Under the pieces are notes generated by a model. It had not been told where the DNA came from, made no database searches, and saw nothing but the letters and a program-made list of their open reading frames with translations. Position numbers and translations under genes: made by a program. This document shows positions 24,437-36,424 of a stretch of 64,000 bases of DNA, one piece after another; position 1 is the stretch's first letter, and each line of letters starts with the position of its first letter. This DNA is from Octopus sinensis (taxonomy: Eukaryota): positions 202,740,001-202,804,000 of the forward strand of contig NC_042997.1 in assembly GCF_006345805.1 (NCBI RefSeq), read 5' to 3'.

Positions 24437-24602
24437 GTTCTGGCAGATATAAACATGAAAATCTGATCACTGTTGTTTTTCAGAGAACATCTCCCTTCAG
24501 ATGATTTGTGTTTGTAACACACAAGATTCATTGGGGAGGAGATGTTCTCCATTGACGAAAAACAATAGCAATCAGCATATTCACTCATGAATCTGCCAGA
24601 AC
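24437..24602 (+). other. 166-nt imperfect long hairpin in non-repeat sequence
   Basis: GTTCTGGCAGAT/ATCTGCCAGAAC, CTGTTGTTTTTC/GAAAAACAATAG, GAGAACATCTCC/GGAGATGTTCTC and TGTGTT/AACACA nested stems. Confidence 0.8.
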
Positions 24603-24789
24603 GTACTGTGAATGAAAAGATACGTTATTATTTTCTTTTCAGTCTTCCTAGAATGATTATTATTGATGAAAGAGTTTTGTTGGCTAAAGATATCTAATGT
24701 TTAGCTGGAGCTAATAACAGTTGCTCTAATAAGTCAACAAAGATGCCTTAACGTGGTTGCTCACTCTACTAAAAATAGCAAATAAATTT

Positions 24790-25770
24790 CCTTCAAAGCA
24801 CATCCTTTAAGTGCTGACCACTCAAAGTGGATGGCACCTGTGGAAAAGGGAGACCCAGGAAGACATGGGATGAAGTAGTGTGGGTCAATCTCAAGATGTT
24901 GGGCCTCACAAAGGAGATGAAAACAGATTGGGATGTCTGGTAATATAGGATTCTTGAGAAAACCCACCAACCTCAATAAAATTGAGCCCTATGTATTCCA
25001 CCCACATGTACCATTAATTCACACACCCTACCCCCAGTGAATCAAGTTATATCTCTTCCTTATGCACTAAGCTTATCTTTCCATCACCAATCCTGCAACT
25101 TAACACTGCTCTGTCATCTCTCTCTCCTGTCCTCCCCTACCAACTGTATTGTTGCTATCCTGTTGTCCCCACCCCCAACCATATAATAACTCACTGCAGT
25201 TCCACTCTTTATTTCCCCTGTTTCCTTTCGCACTTTTATGAACTCTCTGCTCACACATCCTGGGCAATCCTCTACCATTCCATTTATGTTCACATCCTTG
25301 TACCTTAAAAGTATGCCCTGGCACATCACCACCATCTTTCTCACTCTCTCTCTCTCACTCTCTCTTACTCTCACTCTCACTCTTGCTTGCTCTCCCTCTC
25401 TTCCTCTTACATGCTCTCCCTCTGACTGGGATAACCATATATCTTCTCTACAGTAAGACACCTGTTTCTGTCCCTCAGTCATACACTACCTTCTCATCAT
25501 CTGACACAAAACCAACCCCCTTAAACCACTCGTATTCTCAGTTGAGGGATCTTTGTCTTGCAAGTTACTTGGTAACTTCACTGGTGCTGATACCATATAA
25601 AAAGCACCTAGTCCACCCCAAAAAGAGGTTGGTATTAAGAAGGACATCTAACCATAAAAACCATGCCAAAACAGATGGGGGAGCTTGGTACATACTCTGA
25701 CTTACCAGCTCTAGTTAAACTGTCCAACCCATACCAGCATAGAAGATGGATGATAAATGCTGCTGCTGCT
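24790..25770 (+). mobile_element. RTE LINE 3' end (ORF C-terminus plus long 3'-UTR)
   Basis: DGTCGKGRPRKTWDEVV..LKMLGLTKEM..W, followed by a UTR ending in the ccaacccat.ccagcat tail. Confidence 0.75.
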
Positions 25771-26709
25771 GGTGATGATGATGTATATATGTCAACAGAA
25801 AGGAAATATTTAATAATGCAGCTCTAGGTACACAATATCTGAAATAAAAAATGGGATGGTCATAACTGGTCTGTTTAATGAGGACTGACCTAGGAACAAC
25901 AACAACAACAACAATGTCCTGATGTATCATGTACAGTTCTCGACAATGACATTACTAGTCAGAAAAATCTCACTCATAAAAACAAATCTGTTATTCTTTC
26001 ACTGTTTTCAGTCAGAGGACAGTGACCATGCTGGGGGATTGCCTTTAAGGATTTCAGTCAATCACATTGACTCAAATACTTTTGTCAGATATCAAGGGAA
26101 ATCAAAAATTATCTGCACTTTTGCCATAACACATCCTTATTATTGTCACACTGCCTTCTGTACATGCGTGCTTATAGTTGATACTATTGTGGACATGTGG
26201 TTGAAGTTTGAGCTTGATCATGCCATTTTTCTTTCTGGCTTTACAGTGTAAGCGTGGCTGCTCCACTAGCAATATGCACCAAAGTAAGACAAAGAGCAGT
26301 GATCCGAGAGATGGTAATGGTGAACTATATATATAACTATATATATATATATATATAGTTATAGATATAGGTACACATAAACATGCACACACACACACAC
26401 ACACTTATATACATGTGTGTGTGTGTTTAAGTGTACCCTGGTCTTGGCATCAAATGATAATTGTAAAAGATCACCACATACAAACACTATTGTTCATATC
26501 CAGTCTTCTATGGAAAATATGTCAAGCAAAGAGGTGAGAGATGGGAACAGGAAAGACATCCAATCTGCCATGACAAATTCCATCTGCTCCATGCACACAT
26601 AAAAAATTAGATGTTAAGTGAGAATGATATACACATGTGTATGTGTGTGTGTGCATGCGCATGTGTGTGTGTGTGTGTGTATGTGCGTGTGTGTGCATGT
26701 GTATGTGAG

Positions 26710-27035
26710 TACTCTGCAGCAGAAGTGTTCAGACTGGTCCTTCTGGTAGTGTAAAGCACTCATGGTAGTGCCATGTAAAAGCACTCATGCAGTACCATGT
26801 AAAATCACCTGTGCTGTGCCATGTAAAACACCTGTGTAGTGTCACATAAAAGCCCCAGTGCTGTGTCACATAAAAGCACCAAGCACACTCTGTAAAGTGG
26901 TTGGCATTAGGAAGGGCATCCAGCCATAGCAATCATGCCAAATCAGACTGGAGCAGCTCTCCGGCTTGCTAGCTCTGGTCAAACTGTCCAACCCATGCCA
27001 GCATGAACAATGGATGTTAAATGATGATGATGATA
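26710..27035 (+). mobile_element. RTE 3'-UTR tail with 5-6 tandem units of about 24 bp
   Basis: gtgccatgtaaaagcac repeats, ggcattaggaagggcatccagcc, (gat)n. Confidence 0.85.
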
Positions 27036-27084
27036 TATATAATGGGCTCTCCTGTCGTTAGATGATGTATGAGGGTTTGACAAT

Positions 27085-27345
27085 TTCTTATCGGACAACC
27101 ACACAGACGATTTGCTTATAGGGATCAAATGTTTGTGTAGACATAAGCTCACTCCCTTCATCAAATTGATATTACCTGTACAGGTGCAACTGGGTGACAC
27201 ATGTCAGATGTTGAAATGATTGCAGTGCAACATGAAATGAAGTACTTTCCTCAAGAACACAACACAATGCCTGGTCTGGGAACTGAACCCACGATCTCGC
27301 AATCATGAGTGCAACACCCTAAACACTAAGCCATGTGCCTTCACA
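27085..27345 (-). mobile_element. tRNA-derived SINE family 3
   Basis: Minus strand: ggcacatggcttagtgtttagggtgttgcactcatgat..gtgggttcagttcc..tgttgtgttcttgag. Confidence 0.7.
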
Positions 27346-27365
27346 AGCATGACTTCATATATGCC

Positions 27366-27405
<40 letters not shown>

Positions 27406-27460
27406 TATGTGCATGTATACATAACATACACATACATACATAATACATACACATACGCAT

Positions 27461-27514
<54 letters not shown>

Positions 27515-28554
27515 TCTTTTAGTTAATCAACTGCAATCTTCTATCCTATCTTTAGACCATCTCAGAAATTCTTCAGCAGTGCTTCCATCCAAATCTATGT
27601 TTTAGTTTATTTTTGTACAAAAACTTAATATGAAAATAACTTTGCAGAAATTATGTTATTATTTTCTGCTGAATTTATCTGGAGTAATGTAGTTGGAACC
27701 TCATCCCTTGAGGCATATTTATATATTAGATAATATGGCATATGCTCTCTCTTTTTCTCTTTTTGTTGATCTCTCAGCTTATTTTCACACAATTTGCAAC
27801 ATATGTACTTGTTGTACACCAAACATGCTCACCTTAGTCATTCTTGACTTACAAAATACTAACAGAGAAATCATTGCTCTTTAGACATGCCAGAGGAATT
27901 TTATTGCTGGAAAGCAAATGTTTTGATGTTATTACACACATCTACACACATACACACGCACAACACATTTATACAAAGACACAGGCAGAGACACACACTT
28001 ACAGATACATGCTTCTGTCTGGCAAGATTGCAGCATGCACCTTAGATGCTTGTGAAGATCTTTCTGGAGGTGTGCAATAATGAATGTGGTAATATATCAG
28101 CTTTCTTTTTGCAGCACTGCTTGATATTTTCTAGAAGAAACTGTGCAGTAGATGCAACTGTAACATTATCCATATGCCAAGAATCAAAATATATTTTTAT
28201 ACATGCACAAACAGACACAGATATGCGTCAATCAAAGAAGGAAGGCCAGTGCTTATAACTATTTTTAGGGCTTCTGATATGGGTGGAAAGAAGTGACCCA
28301 TAAATTTAAAAACCTAACCCAAACATTTGCAACAGAATAAACTCTGCTAAAAAGGAATCATGTGGTTGTGTTAAACAAGCTGATGACCCAGTGTTGGCCT
28401 TAAGATTATGATGTTGATTTATGATTTGTAATTTTGTTTTTTCATGTTAGAGACATGTTTCTACATTTCTTCCTGTATTGTATTCATGCATATGTGCTCA
28501 TGCACACATGCACACGTGTGTGTGTAAATATATATGCATATATATATACATACA

Positions 28555-28790
28555 TCATCATCATCCTCTTCATCATCATTTAACATCTGTTGTCCATATT
28601 GGCATGGGTTGGACTGTTTGACCAGTGTTGGCAAGATGGAGATCTTCACCAGGCTCCAGTCTGATTTGGCAGGGTTTCTACAGCTGGATGTCCTTCCTAA
28701 TGTGAACCACTTTACAGAGTGTACTGGGCGCTTTTACATGGCACAATATGAGCACTCTTTCGTGGCACCAGCACAAGTGCATTTTATGTG
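28555..28790 (-). mobile_element. RTE 3'-UTR tail
   Basis: catcatttaacatc..ctacagctggatgtccttccta. Confidence 0.8.
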
Positions 28791-28904
28791 ACACTGGCAT
28801 ATCATCATCATTTAATGCCCTTGTTCCATGCTGGCATGGATTGGACGATGTGTGTGGTGTGTGTGTGTATGGTTGGATGGATGGTCCAAAGTATGATTGT
28901 TGGT

Positions 28905-30462
28905 ATATGTTAGTACAAGCTAGCTGATCATGGAGGGCTTGAAATTTTCCAGCATTAAATTGCATGTTGTTTTCTTCTGCCCATTTATGTACGGCATCTA
29001 GACCTTTTGTAGAAGATTAGCATCAGAAGGTTCCTTGACTGCTTTTGTGTTGTTGGCATAGCTAGTAAATGTGGTTGTCTGTATAACTGATGGCATGTCT
29101 GAAAGAGCCACCATAAACAGCAGCAGCCCCAAGACAATTCCCTGAAGCACTCTACTTGCTATTACTGTCTCCTTGGAGGGGGCTCCATTAACTGCCAATG
29201 CCTAGCTTCTGTTTATTAAGAAGACATATAACCACCCTCCCAGTTTTCCAGTTATGCCAAGTCTTCATAGCTTGTGACATATCATCCCATGATCATCCTT
29301 ATCAAAGGCCTTTGCAAAATTAAGATATATCACACCCACGCTTGAGTGATTCACTAGTTGTTTCAACACCCAGACATAATGTTGCGATAGGTGTGTAAGA
29401 CAGCTTCTTCCTGAGCAGAAGCCATGCTGGGTGTCAGGTAGCAAGTCATAATCTTCTAGAAGCGTGATCAGTTTCCTCTTGACAATACATTCCATGAGTT
29501 TGCTGACATGGGAGCTTAGGAAGATGGGCCTATAATTTTTAGCATCCATTCTGCTACCTCCTCTATGGATAGGATGTATTATGCCTTCCTTTAACATAAG
29601 TTTCAAGAAAGCTTTGGAAGAGGATTTGTGGTTCTTGCTAGAGCCCCCTTTGCCTTTCTTCAGGAGGATTACTGGGAATCTATTATGGCCTGTGGTTGAG
29701 TCTAAGCACATTTCATCAATGGCTGATACTACATCAGTTTCCCCTATTTTGATGTTATCAAAAATTGCCATCTTTTTGTGTAGAGCTATGGTGTGAAAGA
29801 ACTCATCTGGCATAGCTACTTGCAAGTGCCCCAATGGAATTGTGAAAACACTTTTGTATGGCAAATTCAATATTTCACTTATCCTCTGGGGGTTTGCAAT
29901 AGGTGAGCCATTTTCTTCGAACAGTGGCTCTATCTTGTACAGTACTAAAGAAGACTCTTTTGCAAATCTATAGAAGGTTTTAGGGCTTGTTTTTACACTT
30001 TTTACAGCCCTGGCTTCCTTCTCTGTCCTTTCCTTCTCATGGGAATGTTTGAATCCTTTCAATCTCAAACAATCTCTGAAATAGGATTCTTTGCTATCCT
30101 TTAGTGGCCCACTTACTTTGAGATCTTTGTTCCTCATCTCATTACAATCTTCCTATCCCTGGTTATTATGGTTTTTTGTCAGTTTGTCATTCTCTCTGGA
30201 GCAAACTTACTGCATATGCCATACACAATGTTCATAAAGCTCTGTAGCTTTATGTCAATATTTTGTGTAGAGAAACCTGGAGACCAGTTTTGTTCCATGA
30301 CTGCTTTCTGAATACCCTTCCAATCAGCTTTGTGAAAGTTTAGGCTGGAAAGGAGTTGGATGCTTCTAGTAGCCTGCATATCTGCAGTTCTCTGGGACCA
30401 TATATTGTTTGTTCTATTAAGTTATGGTCCAAGAGAATCATTGGTATCACTTTAACATAATG
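28905..30462 (-). mobile_element. CR1-clade LINE ORF2 remnant (end of APE domain through RT)
   Basis: DHNLIE; NFHKADW; NYRPIFLSSHVSKLME; QHGFCSGRSC; YLNFAKAFDK; VLQGIVLGLLLF..SYANNTK; W..ENNMQFNAGKF. Confidence 0.92.
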
Positions 30463-30472
30463 GATATATATA

Positions 30473-30525
<53 letters not shown>

Positions 30526-30748
30526 ATCAAAACAGTATGATTCAAATTCGTTGGTACTCTTGAGTTTCAAGCATGATACTAGTCATTAGCCATGTCTTCT
30601 TACAAATAGCTGACGACTAGCATCACACTTGAAACTCAGGATTACAACGAATTTGAATCAAACTGTTTTGATCCATACAATAAATTGGTTGAGTGCCTTT
30701 CTTTCGTTTGTCCACTCACTCGTATTATATGTGTGTGTGTGTGTGTGT

Positions 30749-30807
<59 letters not shown>

Positions 30808-30814
30808 TATATAC

Positions 30815-31235
30815 GTGCAGGAGTGGCTGTGTGATTAGTAGCTTGCTTACCAATCACATGGTCCCAGGTTCAGTCTCACTGTGTGTCACCTTGGGCAAGT
30901 GTATTCTACTATAGCATTGGGCCGAACAAAGTCTTGTGAGTGGATTTGGTAGACGGAAACTGAAAGAAGCCTGTCATATATATATGTATGTATGTATATA
31001 TATGCATGTGTTTGTGTGTCTGTATTTATCCCTCCCCCCCCCCCGGTCAATTGACAACCGATATTGGTGTGCTTACATCCCTGTAACTTAGCAGTTCAGC
31101 AAAAGAGACTGATAGAATAAACACTAGGCCTACAAAGGATAAGTCCTGGGGTTGACTTGTTCGACTAAAAGGCGCTGCTTCAGCATGGCCGCAGTCAAAT
31201 GACTGAAACCAATAAAAGAATAAAAGAATAAAGGA
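30815..31235 (+). mobile_element. SINE family 1, full length
   Basis: gcaggagtggctgtg..cagcatggccgcagtcaaatgactgaaac. Confidence 0.9.
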
Positions 31236-31609
31236 ATATATATACATATAAGAATTAAGGAGTGCATGCGTCACATAAATGATATTTTCAGGATTAAATA
31301 AAAAGAAGACAACAAACGGAAAATTTGATGGAATAAAAGGTAGTTCTAAACACTTTTAAAAGGACAGGGTGGTCATGCCTGGAATTCTTTTGATTACACA
31401 TATGCTGTTAGGGATGACGTAGTGATGGAGAACTAAACAACAAATACAACTAATATTGCATGTGCCTTTACTAGAAAACAAAGTATGGTATTTAGACAGT
31501 GAAAATGGTAGGAAATATGAAATAATAATGAAGGAAAAGTGATGTGATACACTTTCAGAAAAGTAGTTTGAGTATCTGATTGGAACAGTGGAGAACTGAC
31601 CAGGAAAGT

Positions 31610-32098
31610 GATGATGATGATGATAATGATGATGACAGTGATAATGATTATGATGATGACAATGATGATGATGAATATGATGATGACAGTGATGATGATT
31701 ATAATGATGACAATGATGATGATGAATATGATGATACTGATGACAATGATGATACTGAAGATGACAACGACAATGATGACGACGAAGATTATGGTAATAA
31801 TGCTGCTGTTGCTGATGGTGATGATAATGTTGATATGACAACAATGCTGGTGATGGCAGTGATGATGATGATCATGATGATAATGTGATAAAAATGATGA
31901 CAACAATGACATTGGTGACAATGACAAAGATGATGACAACAACGAGGATAAGGACAATGATGACAGGCAATGATGATGATGATGATGATGTTCATGATGA
32001 TAACAATGACAATGATGATGATGATGATGATGATAACAATGACAATGATGATGATGATGATGATGATGGTGATGGTGGTGGTGGTGGTGGTGGTGGTT
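31610..32098. repeat. About 490-bp cryptic (GAT/GAC/GGT)n simple repeat
   Basis: Direct reading; the poly-D/M/H/I ORFs here are artefacts of the repeat. Confidence 0.95.
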
Positions 32099-32638
32099 TT
32101 TCTATTATTTGTAGTGTACAGTGCGATTTATAATTTATAATTTACAGATTGTGACAAGATTCTTGTAATTCAGCCCACTTCTTAACCACAGCATCTCAAA
32201 GCTATATTGGCACAGAAGACTTTTTTTTCTTTTTGTCCATTCAGCTCCAGTATATTAATTATCTTTTCAGTCTAATATTTCTAGTGATTCATATAAATAT
32301 TTTCTGATGTAATTGCTTTAGTAACGTAAATTAATTCTGATTAGAATAACATTTTCAGAAAGACTAATGTTTAATAAAACAAACCTATAAACATTACTGA
32401 TTAGAAAGCATTACTCCTATCATATTTCATATTCTTTTCAAGGTCATAGCAGCAATATATTATGAGTACTGAATATTGTAGTTGTTGTTGCTGTTGATGT
32501 TGTTGTTATTGCTGCTGCTGCTGTTGTTGTTGTTGTTTAGCTTTGGTCAGCTCTGATTCAGTAGACCTGTGATCAAAAGAATGCACACATTGGTTGATAA
32601 GTTCATTTCACGACTGCATGATTTTTGCTTCATTTTAC

Positions 32639-32683
<45 letters not shown>

Positions 32684-33256
32684 TCTTTAGTCAGGAGGGA
32701 AGGCAGTGTCAGTGACCTGTTATAGGCCTCTGAGACTGGATGGAAGGGAGGAAACTCGGCACAAATGCTTGCAACAAAGTGTACTCAATTAAACTGAGTG
32801 ACAGGTCAAGTCTGCCTCCCAAGTCTACTGCCCAAGATATCTTACAGTGTGGTTGAGTGGTAAAATTGGTAGAATAATAGACAAAGTACCTTGTATTTAG
32901 CTGTGTCCTTTGACATTCTAAATTCAAATCCCACCAAGGATGTGATGACTTTACTTTTCATCCTTCTAGTGGTCTACTGGCTACAGTGTTGGATTCAGGA
33001 TTTAATTCTTGGCCCAAATAGCAGGTTGTGTCCTTAAGCAAGGCACTTCATTTCATGTTGGCCAGATTTATTTAATTGAGTGCTGGTGCAGACTTTTCTG
33101 CTAGCAGTACATCTTAGATATTCCACTGGGTTAAGATTTGGAGAGCTGAGAGAGAGTCTGTGTTTGCTCATGACTACATAAGCCCCTTAAACAGTTAGCA
33201 AGAGCATGGTAAATGCTAAGTCAGTCATGCTTGCAAGTAACAGCTATGGTGATCAA

Positions 33257-33302
<46 letters not shown>

Positions 33303-33321
33303 ATGCATGTGTGAGTGTATA

Positions 33322-34508
33322 TCAGGTCATTCCATAAGTAATGTTGTTTTTTGAAGAAGGCTTTGAAGAAATAATAAAAAGCTAGGAAGGTACCAATTTA
33401 ATTAACCGCATATTCCCCATCTGAATCAATAACATTCCTCTGACACTATAAAAGGTTTTTTTTATGCCATTCCTATAGAAATCAGCTGGCTTAGAAGAGA
33501 AAAACTCTTGAAGGTCTGTTTCAAGTGCCTCTAAAGAATTGTATTCTTTTCCATCAATAAAATTTTGCAAGCTTCAGAATAAAGGATAATCTGAAAGGGC
33601 AAGGTCAGAAGAATACGGAGGAAGTGGAAGCTTTTCCTAGCTTAACTCCTCAATCTTGACATAGGCGATTCTTGCACTACGAGGCCTGGCATTGTCATGA
33701 TGGAAAATGGCACTCTTTTGACTGACTACAGAACACTCTTCTTCTGTAAGTTTTTCATTCAATTTATCAATTTCTACACAGTACACTTGATCTGTATTTG
33801 TCTGTTTTTTTATAGCAAGGTTTCAAAGTGTATTACACCAAACATGTCCCACCAAACGCTAAAGAAAACTTTGCAAGGATGATGATCTTGTTTTGGATGG
33901 GGTCTTGCTAGTTCTCTTGGTTGAACCCATTGACTTTGGCATTAACATTCTTATGTAGTATCCATTTTTCTTCACTGGTCACTAGGCAGTTCAGAAATGG
34001 AGATTTTTCTCATGTGAATAAAGAGCAGTGCAGATACTGACATGCTCTCTTTGAATGTCTTTATTCAGTTCGTGTGGAGCCCATTTGCCAAGCTTAGATA
34101 CAATTCTAAGTTCTTGCAAATGGCAATGGACAGTTGATGATGATGAATTAACCTCTTCTGTTAACTCTTCAATAGTTGCATATGAATTTCTTCCAGTAGT
34201 GACTTTCAACAAAGAGACAGAATGCCCAGAGTGGCAGGCATCTTCCAAGCTAAAGTCCCCTTGTTAAAATTTATGGAACCATCGTTGACACTTGCAAATA
34301 TCCAAAACACTTTCACCATACACTTCTTGCACATTATAGCATTTGTTGCATTGTTGCCTTTTTAATACTTGTAAAGCATAATGTATTTAATGTTCCCTTC
34401 TGTGACCTTCATTTTCATGAGGGGTTAATAAAGCAACAAATTATTGTCTACAAGTCAGGATCTATCTAACAGAAACTTTCTTTGCTCTGTAGTTTTTATG
34501 AACCTGTG
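33322..34508 (-). mobile_element. Near full-length decayed mariner
   Basis: MKVTEG..KGNNAT; KLGKWAPHEL; HDNARP (gtcatgacaatgccaggcc on -); YSSDLAL.DY; DGKEYNSLEAL..; TIR tcaggtcattccataag. Confidence 0.88.
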
Positions 34509-34705
34509 AAAAAATCTTGCTTAAATGTGTTAGAGCATAGTACAACAGCAATATAGTAAATGGCAGAATTGGTAGAGAGTTGGGTATATTGTGTAACTGG
34601 ACTTAATTTACAACTCTCAATGTTTTGAATTCCAATCTCAACAAGGTTAATTTTTGCTTTTCATTTCTCTTATGCGAATAAAATAAAATATATAACAGTA
34701 ATATA

Positions 34706-35460
34706 TTGGGTCATCCCATAAATAATGCAGTTTCTTATACTTCTTTTATTTTTTAAAATTACGATAAACAAATTTTTAAAAAATCTAAAGTATACTCTCC
34801 AGCTTCTATGATGCTCTTCCATCTATCTGGTAGACTTGCAAGGCCCTTCTTCCAAAATTCACTTGTCCATGACAAAAAATACTCCTCCAGTACTGTTCTG
34901 AACTCTTCTACAGAATTCATATTTTTTTCCATCCAAATGATTTTGAAGACTGTAGAATAAATGATAATCAGACGAAGCAATATCAGGTGAATATGGTGGT
35001 TGGAGCATCATTTCCCATTCGAACTGCTCCAACTTTGGTACTTGACATTTTTATAGAGAAACCATTTCTCATCACCAGTCACTATTTGGTTCCAAAAAAA
35101 GTTCATTCGTGAGATGTGACAGCAAAGAAGAGCACACATTCATTTGCTGCAAACGATTAGACTCAGAAAGTTTGTGAGGAATACATTTACTCAATTTGCT
35201 GACTTTTCTGTTGGTACACAGGTACTGATGAATGGTTGAATGACCAAATCCAAGCTTTGCTGCTAGTTCCTCAACAATTACAATGGGATTTTGTTCCACC
35301 AGGGTTTGCAGGACATCCTCATCAAGCTTCCAGGATGAGGCTCATCTTCTAGACTGTACTTTCCCAAATTTTAAAACAAACTTATAATTTTCTTATGTTT
35401 TCTTAAACATTCTCTAGAACAATACTTTGTGCAAAACCAAATACATGGCACCTTAGTCAT
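34706..35460 (-). mobile_element. Internally deleted mariner
   Basis: EQNP..EELA..SKCIPHKL..IVTGDEKW FLYKN joined to LEQFEWE..PPYSPDIASSDY; TIR ttgggtcatcccataaataatg. Confidence 0.88.
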
Positions 35461-35558
35461 AACACCAACTTGAACTTCTAACTCATCCTTTGAGGTCTCT
35501 GGGTGAGACCCTAACCCTAACTTGTACAAATACAAAGCAAAAGTCAAACATATAATAA

Positions 35559-36424
35559 TCTTACTATAATGGGTGTTATGTCCGTCTGTCTGTACCCTCT
35601 TCATGGTCAAACAGCTGGACCAATGGTCACAATGTTTTTCAGAATTACGAAAGTGGTAATCAGGCAGGTTTTTAGTGAAAAAAATGTGAAAAAGTATGAT
35701 TATTTAGTGGATATTGAGGGTAATTGTTCAGTTTACGGGTATAAAAGAAGTAAATAAAAATTAAGGGAGAGATAACTAATAAAAGAAGCAAAGGGAAGTA
35801 AGTCAACTTACTTCTCTACTGAATTATGCCATATACTAAAGTTTTAGTTTAAGATAGCTTTATTAAGGAATGATTGTGATGGCTTTGGCTCATCTTTAAT
35901 CAGTGTTGAGTTTTGAATTAATAAATCACCTTTGTTTTTTTGTTTTTTTAATTCCAGCAATGAGGATTAACTCTGGATTCCTTACCCCACCCCACTGTAT
36001 AGTTTGTGAATTTAGAGGGTTTAGATTTGTGATACTATCCCTTTATTTCCCATCGTAGATGGGCAGATTCCTAAAGATTCTGCTTACGCATTCACAGCAA
36101 ACAAGGCACAGGGCCAGACTTTAGACTGTGTAGGTGTATTTTTACCCACTTCAATGTTTACACATGCTATGAGTAGAGCAACAGACTCCAGCAATTTGAA
36201 AATTAGTGTCAACCAAACAAAAATATCGTCTACTCAGAAGTTTTGTAATCATATTGATATTATCGAAAGGAATATGATTCATAATTTAAATAAAGAACTT
36301 TGTGAACTTTGATTGTATAAGAATATAAACAAGCATAAAATAGTGTAAACAACTAAAATAAAAGTATATCTAAATAACATTTTTTTGTTAATACTTTTTA
36401 TGTAGTGGTCAAAGGAAGCTCTAG
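35559..36424 (+). mobile_element. Helitron derivative retaining a helicase C-terminal fragment
   Basis: A|TC start with a gtctgtctg tract; helicase motif at 36082-36248; 3' end uncertain (CTAG at 36421 is not followed by T). Confidence 0.5.
36082..36248 (+). pseudogene. Helitron PIF1-like helicase motif V/VI remnant
   Basis: AYAFTANKAQGQTLDCVGVFL..MFTH-AMSRAT..NIVYSEVL* (the GQLYV segment is deleted). Confidence 0.8.

Noticed and set aside
35508-35520. CCCTAACCCTAA telomere-like motif
   Set aside because: Only two units; expected by chance
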